Source: a virus. From it: 64,000 nt of DNA. The stretch's first letter is position 1. The number at the start of each line of letters is the position of its first letter. Below the pieces are notes generated by a model that worked only from the letters and a program-made list of their open reading frames with translations, made no database searches and was not told the origin of the DNA. The position numbers and the translations under genes were made by a program. Below are positions 10,432-19,148 of the stretch, piece after piece. The stretch lies in the IMG/VR virus record IMGVR_UViG_3300044991_002272; one strand, written 5' to 3'.

Positions 10432-10680
10432 TCAGCGTGGGCCGGCGTGGATGTGACTGAATTGAAGTCGGAGACTGTCTTGTTGTTCAGCTAGTTCAGC
10501 CCATTCAAATGTCAATGCACCAAATTCTCGAACAGACACCCAAACTTTTTCCTGTTGCTCTACTACACCAACAAGGACCCTGCCAACTTGTGCCCACCCC
10601 CCATGAAATTTCCAATTTAACATTTGATCGTCAGTATCTGGAACATATACAATGTCATCGGGTTTGGGCAAGGTTGTCAC
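10432..10680 (-). CDS. Hypothetical protein
   Basis: 82-aa ORF with 4-nt overlap to the kinase gene. Confidence 0.5.
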   Translation of the reverse strand: MTTLPKPDDIVYVPDTDDQMLNWKFHGGWAQVGRVLVGVVEQQEKVWVSVREFGALTFEWAELAEQQDSLRLQFSHIHAGPR

Positions 10681-11321
10681 TTAAGCGTCTCCATAAAAGT
10701 AGTAACGTTTCGAGTCAAATCTTGAATTGAAGTATTATTTAAGATAATAGAGTCAAAATCTGTACCAATCCAATCGCGTTCACTCCTATGAACTCCATGG
10801 ATTTTTCGCAAAAATGGTTTTGTTACAAATTGAATAAATTTGGTTTGTTGATTGAACCAAAGTGATTGATTGTAATAGTCAGGTAATGGATCTCGTCTTA
10901 CCCAAACAATCTTGCCGCCCAGTCGCTTGATCATTTCAATCTCATTGACAAATCTTACGTCAGTTACAACAACTGATTTTTTAGAGTCTTGGAGAAACAG
11001 CTCACAGCGATTTGTCCAAAAGTCTTGAGAAAATTGATTACGTATCAATTCAGTGCCAAACTCTCGCATCATCAAACGAGGAGTAATGGGCTTGCCTAGT
11101 TTTTCAGTCCAGTAAGAGTCTTGTGTCTCTCGCCAAACTCTACTTGCTTCTGTTGTGCCTTCCAACAGTTTGGCTTGCCAGCCAAACATGCTGCTGAGTG
11201 CACTTTTGATGGGTTTGGCAAAACTAGTGGTTGTATAACTGGGATATAGCTCTTGAATTATACTGCCCACAGTGTCTTTGCCACTGCCTTGAAACCCTAC
11301 TAGCCCTATGATGTTTTTCAT
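10677..11321 (-). CDS. Deoxynucleoside monophosphate kinase (T4 gp1-like)
   Basis: IIGLVGFQGSGKDT P-loop, FAKPIK, TPRLMMREFGTE, VVTDVRFVNE, HRSE; likely start MKNIIGL. Confidence 0.92.
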   Translation of the reverse strand: MKNIIGLVGFQGSGKDTVGSIIQELYPSYTTTSFAKPIKSALSSMFGWQAKLLEGTTEASRVWRETQDSYWTEKLGKPITPRLMMREFGTELIRNQFSQDFWTNRCELFLQDSKKSVVVTDVRFVNEIEMIKRLGGKIVWVRRDPLPDYYNQSLWFNQQTKFIQFVTKPFLRKIHGVHRSERDWIGTDFDSIILNNTSIQDLTRNVTTFMETLK

Positions 11322-11360
11322 ATGGCTAGTATAGACAAGTTTCAAGTATAAATTGAGTTT

Positions 11361-12122
11361 TTAGCCCAAAATTACAAAGCTGGATGGAGTTCCGTTGTCC
11401 ACGTATTGCAAGAGTTCAATTTCCAGTTTCTCAATCTCTGCAACTGACTCTGTTTTCAATTCAGAACCTTTCAAAGTTGAACCACCTTGTGGGCCAATGA
11501 TCTGGCCAAACTTGCTGTAGGCCTCTCCCAGCATTCCTTTGGACACTGCCAGTGTGTAACTTCTAATCCAAGGCCTGCTGAAGGGATCCATGAGAATCAT
11601 GTCATCTGGCTTCATTTTGTTGACCCAAAGTAGCACAGATTCATCAGTCAACAGTCGGCGTATTATGGTGAGTTTTTTGGTTACAGTGTTGAAGTGGTAG
11701 TTGATGTCACGACCAAACATCCTACCAGCTTGTTCCTGATATTGGTAAAAGAGTTCAAATGTTAGTAGGCCAGCAGAATATCCACCCCCAGCACCAGCTT
11801 GCAGTAGGTACAGGTTGGTGTAGGCTAACGAAAAGGGGTCAATATAGGTGCCTCCTGTATTGCCTCCCAATCCACGTCGAAAGATTTGTCGCACATCTAC
11901 TATTTCTTCTGGCAGGTAATATTCAGTTGTCTCTGGCTGCATTTCCAAGAATGCATACGCTTCTTCAACAGCATTTGAACTTCGTTGCCGATAACGCTCT
12001 AAGGCAATTTTAACAGCTAGCTGAAAATCTCCAGGCTCCAATTCCACCTCAACCATTGAGCCACCGAGGAGCCTAGTTACGTCATTTATAATGTCCTGCT
12101 TTAAATCAAGTGTGCTGCTCAT
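11361..12122 (-). CDS. Neck / head-tail adaptor protein (T4 gp13-like)
   Basis: RLLGGSMVEVEL, WIRSYTLAVSKGMLGEAYSKF and GPQGGSTLKGSELK motifs. Confidence 0.88.
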   Translation of the reverse strand: MSSTLDLKQDIINDVTRLLGGSMVEVELEPGDFQLAVKIALERYRQRSSNAVEEAYAFLEMQPETTEYYLPEEIVDVRQIFRRGLGGNTGGTYIDPFSLAYTNLYLLQAGAGGGYSAGLLTFELFYQYQEQAGRMFGRDINYHFNTVTKKLTIIRRLLTDESVLLWVNKMKPDDMILMDPFSRPWIRSYTLAVSKGMLGEAYSKFGQIIGPQGGSTLKGSELKTESVAEIEKLEIELLQYVDNGTPSSFVILG

Positions 12123-12159
12123 TTGAATATTCCAAAAACGCTTTGGAATATTTACCTAA

Positions 12160-12618
12160 TTACTGAAACAAAGAGTCAAATGTGTTGTCTGCAACTACAT
12201 ACCCACCTTTGCTGTCTTTCAAAAAGGTGTAATTGTATTCGAGACCATCTGCACACACAATGTTGCCATCATTACCTGTGGGTGTAAGGCCCAATTTTTG
12301 TCTGCACTTTTCCCAATTATCTCGTTGAAGCTCAACACCATAGAGTTGATTCTCCAAGATGTGCTGTTCTCGTTTTTTAGCGTTTGGTTGCCACTCTGAG
12401 AGTCCTGCCATCAATCGTCTCTTGACCTCAATCAAAAATGCACCTTCACCACAACTGTTGTCTAGCCATGTTTTCGTTGGATCCTGCCAGATTTCTTTTG
12501 GCAATTGATCCAATATTTCATTTACCAATGCAGGTGGTGTGAATACTTCACCAAATTGTTTCTTTTTCTCTTCTTTTGAAAGAGATGGCTCATCAAAATC
12601 TTCGATAACTTCTTGCAT
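12160..12618 (-). CDS. Short N6-adenine methyltransferase-like protein (SAM-binding half only)
   Basis: QFGEVFTP and LDNSCGEGAFL (motif I), YGVEL; no NPPY motif before the stop. Confidence 0.75.
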   Translation of the reverse strand: MQEVIEDFDEPSLSKEEKKKQFGEVFTPPALVNEILDQLPKEIWQDPTKTWLDNSCGEGAFLIEVKRRLMAGLSEWQPNAKKREQHILENQLYGVELQRDNWEKCRQKLGLTPTGNDGNIVCADGLEYNYTFLKDSKGGYVVADNTFDSLFQ

Positions 12619-12643
12619 TTGTTATTATACAACTATAAATGAC

Positions 12644-13801
12644 TTATGTTGTTTTATACCAGTCTTTTTTGAAGTATTGAAACATACCGTAATCAGTATA
12701 AAATGTATTCCATTTAGTAGCTGCAATAATCCGTTTTCCTTTGTCACTATTCAAAAATTTCACAATTTCATCTCCCTCTTTTTTTGACGAGATTGCAATA
12801 CCAAACGTTAACTGGCTCATGCCATATTCGCCCTTATAATCATTATAAGGGTATTGAATCTCATTTTGATTCAAAAGTACTTTCTTGTGACCAAAATGGG
12901 TTTGATCATTAGCAGCAAGACTATCAAAATATCTAAAGCCTAGACCTTCTTTATTGATAGTATGCACAACAGGATACCTGAAATTATCGGTAAGTCTTTC
13001 GCTATGAGTTTTCTGCGTGTGGTAAAAAGTGTTGTATAAGACATGACATCCAGATCCGAGCAGTTGACTGATATCAACAATTGCATAATTTGGCAGCCAA
13101 GGCCATTTACCAAGATGTAGGGTATGAAACTTATCTTCATGATCTATTACAGTAGTCTGAAGATCATCGTCAGGTATAAGTTTTTGAAGTACGTAACAAT
13201 CAACACGAACACCAATTCCAAAAACGTCCTGATTGCCTTTTCCTGATCGCATCTTAAGATATCTTAGATGGTTTTCTTTAGTTAAGGCATTCCATAGTCT
13301 ATACCGGTCATCAGGCTTTCTCCAGCTAGTTGGATGCACCATACACATCCATCCTTCGCGTTTCAAAAGTGAAAGAGAAGTTTTTACAAAGCTTGGCCAA
13401 ACAGCTGATTCTCCTCTGCTGCCTAACCGCGACGCTGTGGTTTCGCTCTGATAAGGTGGATTACCAACAATCACATCAAACTTCATGTCACCCCAATCAT
13501 GCGTCAAAAAATCCATTTTGTTTAAGTTGTCGGTTACCAACTTTTTGTTATTCTTTGCATAGTTTACTCGCATCTGTCCTGTCTCGCAACCATACATCCT
13601 GGACGCAATGTTAGTGTCCGAATGTCCAGTTTCACGCAAACGTCGCTGGATTTCAACCAAAAACTGACCACCAGCCATAGCTGGATCCAGAAAGGTTGTC
13701 GTTGAACTCGTCCATACTTCAGCTGGTAGTTGATCTAGCATCTCGTTCACAAGAGGGGTAATGGGAAATTTAAGCCTAGAGAGCATTAACATATCATTCA
13801 A
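12644..13801 (-). CDS. Gamma-class N6-adenine DNA methyltransferase with C-terminal target recognition region (Eco57I/TaqI-like)
   Basis: FLDPAMAGGQF (motif I), FDVIVGNPPYQ (motif IV). Confidence 0.88.
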   Translation of the reverse strand: MNDMLMLSRLKFPITPLVNEMLDQLPAEVWTSSTTTFLDPAMAGGQFLVEIQRRLRETGHSDTNIASRMYGCETGQMRVNYAKNNKKLVTDNLNKMDFLTHDWGDMKFDVIVGNPPYQSETTASRLGSRGESAVWPSFVKTSLSLLKREGWMCMVHPTSWRKPDDRYRLWNALTKENHLRYLKMRSGKGNQDVFGIGVRVDCYVLQKLIPDDDLQTTVIDHEDKFHTLHLGKWPWLPNYAIVDISQLLGSGCHVLYNTFYHTQKTHSERLTDNFRYPVVHTINKEGLGFRYFDSLAANDQTHFGHKKVLLNQNEIQYPYNDYKGEYGMSQLTFGIAISSKKEGDEIVKFLNSDKGKRIIAATKWNTFYTDYGMFQYFKKDWYKTT

Positions 13802-15081
13802 ACCCTATCATAAATCAGTTCAAGCCATTCTCGGCGAATAATACCCTTGTCAAACAAACTCTGCACCACGTCCCAATGCACCCCAAACTCCCTTTCAATT
13901 TCCTCTTGAACATCAGGTGTGTTGTTGACGACTTCAATAGCTGATCCTAGTTTATCACACCCGCTCCCGTCTAGGATATAATCAATATTCTCAACAATGG
14001 CTGTGATGCGCTCACGTGCCTTGCGCATTTCCTCCACAGCAGTGTTTTTGGTATTTTTGGTTTTTGTTTTTTTAGGACTGATTTTGGTCTTGCCCTTGGG
14101 CACGCTAGCCACAGTGTCGTTACGCTGGTAGCTAACTGTGCCCGCGGCCAACTGCTTGATTGTGTCCTTGTCAAGCAGCGTGAGATCAGCAGTACTGCCA
14201 ATCACCCTACTGATGCTCTTGCGTGCCAGCACCTGTGCCAAATACCTGTCTTTGTTGACTTGTACACTGGCATGTGCACTGCCTTTCCAGATGTCAACTG
14301 TGCTCAGCACTTCACTCATGACATCGGCAGCACTCCGCTTGGGGTTCTGTTTAGTGATGTTGAAAGTGGTTTCCAAGAGCATGCTGTCAAACTTGTCATC
14401 CCTATTGGGATCAAAGCTGAGGCTGATGATCTTGCCCACCTTCTTGGGGTCTTTGCCTGGTGTAAGCACGCGGCTCATTTTTTGAATAGTTGCACCCACC
14501 TCGCCGCTGTCGTAAGCCAGATACAACTCCGTGATCTCTGGAATTGAGAAGCTGCGCTGTGCCATAAGGCTGCTGATGATTAGTACGCTTTGGTTCAGCT
14601 TGACAGCTTGTTCAATTTGCTCTCTCACCTTTCGCTCAGCATTGGCATTGCGTACTTTTTGCCCATCAATTAGGATGTTGCCGCCCAGCACAATCACTCG
14701 CCAAGCTGGCAGAGCACTTTGCGCAATCACGCCAATGGCTGCCAGCTGGCCATCCTTCACTCGGGTGCTGCCTGGCACAAACATCATGGCTGTTTTTTGA
14801 CGCTCGCGACCAAACCAGTTTTGGGTTTGCAGATCCACGTTGGCAGTGTCAACACCGTGCTTGCCTAGGAACACTGTCTCCAGCATCCTCACAAAAAAAC
14901 CTTTGGCTTTTTGAGGGTGCGCTGCAAACTTGCTCCAACTGGGCAGCAGCTTCATGTCTTCGTCATCAAACTCGCCAGCAGCTACACTCTGCATAACAGG
15001 CTCGCTGAGGTCCAGCTGAAACAGCCTCATGTCAGGCACAAGAAGGTCTCGAGAGGTTTCAATCTTGAAATGCTTAAGCAT
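13798..15081 (-). CDS. SF2 helicase/ATPase C-terminal half (restriction-enzyme-type)
   Basis: MAQRSFSIPEI and TIQKMSRVLTP resemble motifs V and VI; 8-nt overlap with the N-terminal half gene. Confidence 0.6.
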   Translation of the reverse strand: MLKHFKIETSRDLLVPDMRLFQLDLSEPVMQSVAAGEFDDEDMKLLPSWSKFAAHPQKAKGFFVRMLETVFLGKHGVDTANVDLQTQNWFGRERQKTAMMFVPGSTRVKDGQLAAIGVIAQSALPAWRVIVLGGNILIDGQKVRNANAERKVREQIEQAVKLNQSVLIISSLMAQRSFSIPEITELYLAYDSGEVGATIQKMSRVLTPGKDPKKVGKIISLSFDPNRDDKFDSMLLETTFNITKQNPKRSAADVMSEVLSTVDIWKGSAHASVQVNKDRYLAQVLARKSISRVIGSTADLTLLDKDTIKQLAAGTVSYQRNDTVASVPKGKTKISPKKTKTKNTKNTAVEEMRKARERITAIVENIDYILDGSGCDKLGSAIEVVNNTPDVQEEIEREFGVHWDVVQSLFDKGIIRREWLELIYDRV

Positions 15082-16054
15082 TGGCTGAATTCATCTCTTG
15101 ACTAGCACGCTTCTGGATCAACAGTTCTGGATAGGTCACGCTCAGCATGGTGTCAATCTTCCACAGCTTGCTGGCCCTGTCAGCGTTGGTTCCGGTCATA
15201 ATGAGAACCTTATCGCGCTTGCCAATATATTTCTTCAGCAGTTCAGCCTGCCCAGGTCGATAGCTGCCATAGTCAGCCTCATCGACAATCAACAGCCGGT
15301 CTACCCTCTTCTGACACAGCCATTTGATGCGGGCCTCGCGCTGACCACCGCTGCACATACTGAGGTAGCATACCACAGGTTTCTTTTTCTTCAATGCCCC
15401 TGAGACAAGATCTTGCCAGCCTTCGCTCTGTGTGTCCACATGTTGGTAGTGTGCCCACTGCTCAAAGCTGGTGAGGTCTTTGGCAAAGCTGGCGAAAACT
15501 GTTTTCACGTAACTGGCTACAATCACCAAAGGCACATCAAGCTCGCGAGCTACTGCGCCGCTGTAGATGGTCTTGCCAAATCGAGCACACAGCTCAGCCA
15601 GCACCACATGTTTCCCAGCTTGAAAGGCATCTAGGGTTTGTGTGCACATGCTGTATTGCATAGTGCTCAAGCCTGCCTGAGGCAGTGCTTGATTCACACT
15701 GGCAAGATGTTGGTTGACCTTGAGAATCAGTTCCGCACTGCTGCGCATATGGATCTCACCAGTGGTGCCTTTGCGATGCCCTACAAATGTTCGAACGTAG
15801 TCGTCCATCCTTGCATGCTGGCGGCAGCGGCTCACACGCTGGGCGTAGTCAGTTACGTCCCAGATATGATCAACTGTAACAATGCCTGCTCGCAAGAGAT
15901 CTTTCCGCACGCCAAGGCTGTCGCGCACTCGAGCTCGAACTGAGTCCTCAGGAGTTTCATCTGGCAGGACCCAACGTTCGCCAAATTTGCATTCTTGTGG
16001 ATTGGTGCTTTCACTCCACACGTATAAGAACATACGTCCTGGTTGTCCAGCCAT
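15074..16054 (-). CDS. T5orf172/GIY-YIG-like domain fused to SF2 helicase N-terminal half (ResIII-like)
   Basis: LYVW...CKFGER N-terminus; LCARFGKT (Walker A), IVDEADYG (Walker B), MTGT (motif III). Confidence 0.72.
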   Translation of the reverse strand: MAGQPGRMFLYVWSESTNPQECKFGERWVLPDETPEDSVRARVRDSLGVRKDLLRAGIVTVDHIWDVTDYAQRVSRCRQHARMDDYVRTFVGHRKGTTGEIHMRSSAELILKVNQHLASVNQALPQAGLSTMQYSMCTQTLDAFQAGKHVVLAELCARFGKTIYSGAVARELDVPLVIVASYVKTVFASFAKDLTSFEQWAHYQHVDTQSEGWQDLVSGALKKKKPVVCYLSMCSGGQREARIKWLCQKRVDRLLIVDEADYGSYRPGQAELLKKYIGKRDKVLIMTGTNADRASKLWKIDTMLSVTYPELLIQKRASQEMNSANA

Positions 16055-16341
16055 CAGCTACTCCCTTCTTTCAGCGTGTGGTAGTTTTGGATCAGCTTGG
16101 GATAATCATAGATCAAGAGTTCAGCCTTACGAACAATAAACATTGTCATCACAACTGTGTCAACCCCGCCTATAACATAGAGCAGCACCAGGATTCCTGT
16201 TACCAAATAAGTCTCATTGAGCATATACTGGATACAGCCGTTGGGCGTAGTGCTGTTTTCAATTGCACTCTTGACGCTCAATCGGGCACTCCAAATACCT
16301 GCACCAATCATCAAGAAAATCAAAATGCCATCAGCTATCAT
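16054..16341 (-). CDS. Small membrane protein
   Basis: Two hydrophobic segments; coupled to neighbours by overlapping stop/start. Confidence 0.55.
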   Translation of the reverse strand: MIADGILIFLMIGAGIWSARLSVKSAIENSTTPNGCIQYMLNETYLVTGILVLLYVIGGVDTVVMTMFIVRKAELLIYDYPKLIQNYHTLKEGSS

Positions 16342-16814
16342 GGATGCATTTCCTTACCAAAAATAAGTGGCGGGCTGCCCATCCCGCGCAAGGTGTCTGG
16401 CATCTGGGCTGCCTGAAAAACACGTTGGGTTACTATCCACTCAGGATACACAAGCCCTACTATCGCAGCATCCTCAAGGGAACTGCACCAGATTTGAATA
16501 CCAAGATTGCCTACTGAGGCGTCAATCATTTCATTTCGGCTGGCTGGGTCAACCCGATATTTGACAAAGTATGGTCCCGTCAATACTCGTCCCAGCTTGT
16601 CGCACCAGAGGAATAGGTCTTGGTCATTTTCGCATTGACTTTTTTCATACATCCAACCCAAAACTACCCGGACCCAAGGACTATTGGCGTTGGCTTGGGC
16701 AAACTCCTCACACATAGTGTCCAACACGTCTTGGCTGGGCAGGCAAGTTTGATAACAGCCCGCCCAGCATTTAGTCCACTTCCAGGCAAATTCAAGATGC
16801 GTTTCTTGAGTCAA
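16338..16814 (-). CDS. Hypothetical protein
   Basis: 158-aa ORF in the tightly packed early operon. Confidence 0.55.
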   Translation of the reverse strand: MTQETHLEFAWKWTKCWAGCYQTCLPSQDVLDTMCEEFAQANANSPWVRVVLGWMYEKSQCENDQDLFLWCDKLGRVLTGPYFVKYRVDPASRNEMIDASVGNLGIQIWCSSLEDAAIVGLVYPEWIVTQRVFQAAQMPDTLRGMGSPPLIFGKEMHP

Positions 16815-16820
16815 AGCCTG

Positions 16821-17756
16821 TTACACCTTGCCCCAGAAAGCTTTGACCACGCTCTTGCCGCGTGCAGTAGTGAGGCCTAGGGCCTTGACAACCACATCTA
16901 CCATCTGTGCCTCATTTACCTTGCCCTTGTGGTCTTGGATCAGCGCACGCACCTGGGCTGCAACGCTGGGCTTTCCTGCGTCCTTGCTGGGCTTGGCTGC
17001 TGCTGGAGCCTTAACCTTGGCTTGCGTCTTTACAGCTTTGCCCTTGCGTGCCGGCGCCTTGCCTGCCTTCACCGCCTTGGGCAGAACCTTGTCCTGGCGA
17101 GCCTGCTCAGGTTCCGCATTGCTGTTAAGTGCACGCACAATAGCCTTAAGAGGCTTCTGCCAGTCCTGGATCAGCTTGTCGCTCTGTGCCTCAGCAAACG
17201 CCTCAGCATAGTGCTCCTGCAGGCGGACTCGCACCTTGGGATGACCATATTTGGTAATAATCTTTTCAATTTCCACAGCCAGCTCCCGGAGTTCCATCTT
17301 GCCCTTGAGCACAAGGGTTTTGAGGTTGTCAATCCGGGAATAGCAAGCCACATATGCCTCAATGAGCTTGCCTGAGGCACTGAGCGCGAGGTTTTCCATC
17401 CCAATGTCAGTGTTGGGCTTGGCCTGGTGCAACGCATTGTCAATGTAAGTGTAACTCTTGGGGCTCAGCTGAGCTCCCCGATTGAGGCAGTAAGCAATCT
17501 TACCCATAGTCTGCTGGGTGCCAAAAGGAACGTTCTTGACCACAGCAGCATCGTGGGGCCTGCCCACCTGCGTGAGATACGCTTGCGCTTCGCGAATCAG
17601 CTCTTCCGGCTCAGCAGCCTGATGCACCCAGTTCAGTGCAAGCCCATACCTCACATTGAAGTCTGGGGCCGTGTAGTCAAGGGTGCTGAAGTCGGGTGCC
17701 CCACGGCTGTTCAAGATCTCTTGCAGCTTTGTGTCAGTGCGCGTCAACCGAGCCAT
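16821..17756 (-). CDS. Hypothetical early protein with Lys/Ala-rich linker and small C-terminal helical domain
   Basis: AGGAG RBS; sigma70-like promoter upstream; KAGKAPARKGKAVKTQAKVKAPAAAK segment. Confidence 0.7.
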   Translation of the reverse strand: MARLTRTDTKLQEILNSRGAPDFSTLDYTAPDFNVRYGLALNWVHQAAEPEELIREAQAYLTQVGRPHDAAVVKNVPFGTQQTMGKIAYCLNRGAQLSPKSYTYIDNALHQAKPNTDIGMENLALSASGKLIEAYVACYSRIDNLKTLVLKGKMELRELAVEIEKIITKYGHPKVRVRLQEHYAEAFAEAQSDKLIQDWQKPLKAIVRALNSNAEPEQARQDKVLPKAVKAGKAPARKGKAVKTQAKVKAPAAAKPSKDAGKPSVAAQVRALIQDHKGKVNEAQMVDVVVKALGLTTARGKSVVKAFWGKV

Positions 17757-17783
17757 TTGGGTAACTCCTGTCTCTATGAGCCC

Positions 17784-17812
17784 AACATATAGCTAGTTGG
17801 GCCCAGTGTCAA
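17784..17812 (-). promoter_or_regulatory. Sigma70-type early promoter
   Basis: TTGACA-17 nt-TATGTT on the minus strand, about 30 nt upstream of the 17756 start. Confidence 0.7.
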
Positions 17813-17869
17813 CCGTTTTCTTTGCCAAATTGCCAATTTTTTTGATGTGTGATTTCCGCAACACCCAAG

Positions 17870-17908
17870 ACTTGAGGCAGCGCGGCACATTGCCCTGCTG
17901 CCTCAAGT
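17870..17908. terminator. Long GC-rich hairpin downstream of pstS (probable terminator or stabiliser)
   Basis: ACTTGAGGCAGC / GCTGCCTCAAGT 12-bp arms with inner GGCA/TGCC pairing. Confidence 0.55.
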
Positions 17909-17955
17909 TGTGTGCCCTCAAGAGTGCAACCGGGTTCCGGGGCACGACCTCGTCG

Positions 17956-18987
17956 TCACTTCCAGACGGGGTTACCGTCAGGGGCTTTCACCTCACTTGC
18001 CCAGGTTTGGCGAATTCTGGCCTTCACTACAGCTGGTATAGGCACATAATCCAACCGTTCAGCTATCTCGTCGCCATGTGTGTAAGCCCAGTCAAAAAAT
18101 CGCATCACTGTGAGGCTGTTGGTGGGGTTGCGAGGATCACGCGGCAACAGAATGTAGGTGGGACTCACAATAGGCCAACTGTTGGCGCCAGGCTGGTCAA
18201 CGAGGTCAACAGCAAAGTTAGGCACGTTCCAGTTGGCAGATGCTGCTGTAGCCTCAAAAGCCTTGTGAGTGGGCTTCACCCAATGTCCATCGCGGTTGCG
18301 GATTTGCGTGGTAACCAATCCAGCTTGCTGAGCATAGGCATTTTCCACATAACCAATGGCTCCCATGATCTGACGCACACTGGCGCTAACACCCTCGTTT
18401 CCTCGTGCTCCAGTGCCAGTGGGCCACTTAACTGAGGTGCCTGTACCTACCTGGGTGCGCCATTGCTCACTCACTGCCGATAGGTAACTGGCCCAAACAA
18501 AGGTTGTTCCGCTGCCATCTGCGCGATACACCACTGCAATAGCCAAATTAGGCAAGCGAATTGTTGGATTCAGTTCCACAATGCGTTGATCATTCCACTT
18601 TACGATCTTACCTAGATAGATGTCTGCCAACACTGGACCAGTGAGTCTCAGTTGCTCTCGCTCTAGACCCGGCACATGGACTGCTGCAACTAAACTGCCC
18701 ATAGCTGTTGGAAACTGCACTAAGTTGTTTTTTTCCAAATCCTCCTGTTTCATAGGAGCATCACTGGCCCCAAAATCCACAGTGCGGTTCCGGATTTGGT
18801 TTTGCCCAGCACCGCTGCCCACACTTTGGTAGTTGAGTGCAATACCAGTTTTCTTCGCTTCCTCTCCCCATTTTTGATAAAGCGGGTTGGGAAAAGTGGC
18901 ACCAGCACCGTTTATTGGTTGCGCAACTACACCAGTAGCACCTATTGCCATCAACGCAGCAGCCATCAACAATTTTTTCAAACCCAT
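17956..18987 (-). CDS. pstS: Phosphate ABC transporter substrate-binding protein
   Basis: Signal peptide MGLKKLLMAAALMAIGATGVVA; GAGATFP, NYQSVGSGAG, DFGASDAP, YRADGSGTT, GNEGV, GAIGYVE, WPIVSPTY. Confidence 0.96.
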   Translation of the reverse strand: MGLKKLLMAAALMAIGATGVVAQPINGAGATFPNPLYQKWGEEAKKTGIALNYQSVGSGAGQNQIRNRTVDFGASDAPMKQEDLEKNNLVQFPTAMGSLVAAVHVPGLEREQLRLTGPVLADIYLGKIVKWNDQRIVELNPTIRLPNLAIAVVYRADGSGTTFVWASYLSAVSEQWRTQVGTGTSVKWPTGTGARGNEGVSASVRQIMGAIGYVENAYAQQAGLVTTQIRNRDGHWVKPTHKAFEATAASANWNVPNFAVDLVDQPGANSWPIVSPTYILLPRDPRNPTNSLTVMRFFDWAYTHGDEIAERLDYVPIPAVVKARIRQTWASEVKAPDGNPVWK

Positions 18988-19148
18988 AAAGTTTCCTTTC
19001 ATAGTTTCTTTTGGTAATCTCAGTTTGCCGACGATTTTCCAAATATGCAATGAGGCTCTAAAGTTTTAATACGACTGTAATACAGCTTTCAACATAAGAA
19101 AGAGTCAGGAGTGTGACTATCATAAATATCACAAATGAGGAAAATGTT

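Noticed and set aside
15074-15081. Programmed frameshift fusing the two helicase halves
   Set aside because: No slippery heptamer or downstream structure was seen, and the second frame is closed three codons upstream of its ATG; translational coupling is simpler
17797-18435. 212-aa plus-strand ORF, and similar antisense ORFs such as 28278-28973, 29298-29780, 33334-33789 and 40394-40810
   Set aside because: They lie opposite well-supported genes (pstS, capsid, scaffold, collagen, tape measure) and have no motifs or RBS; shadow ORFs
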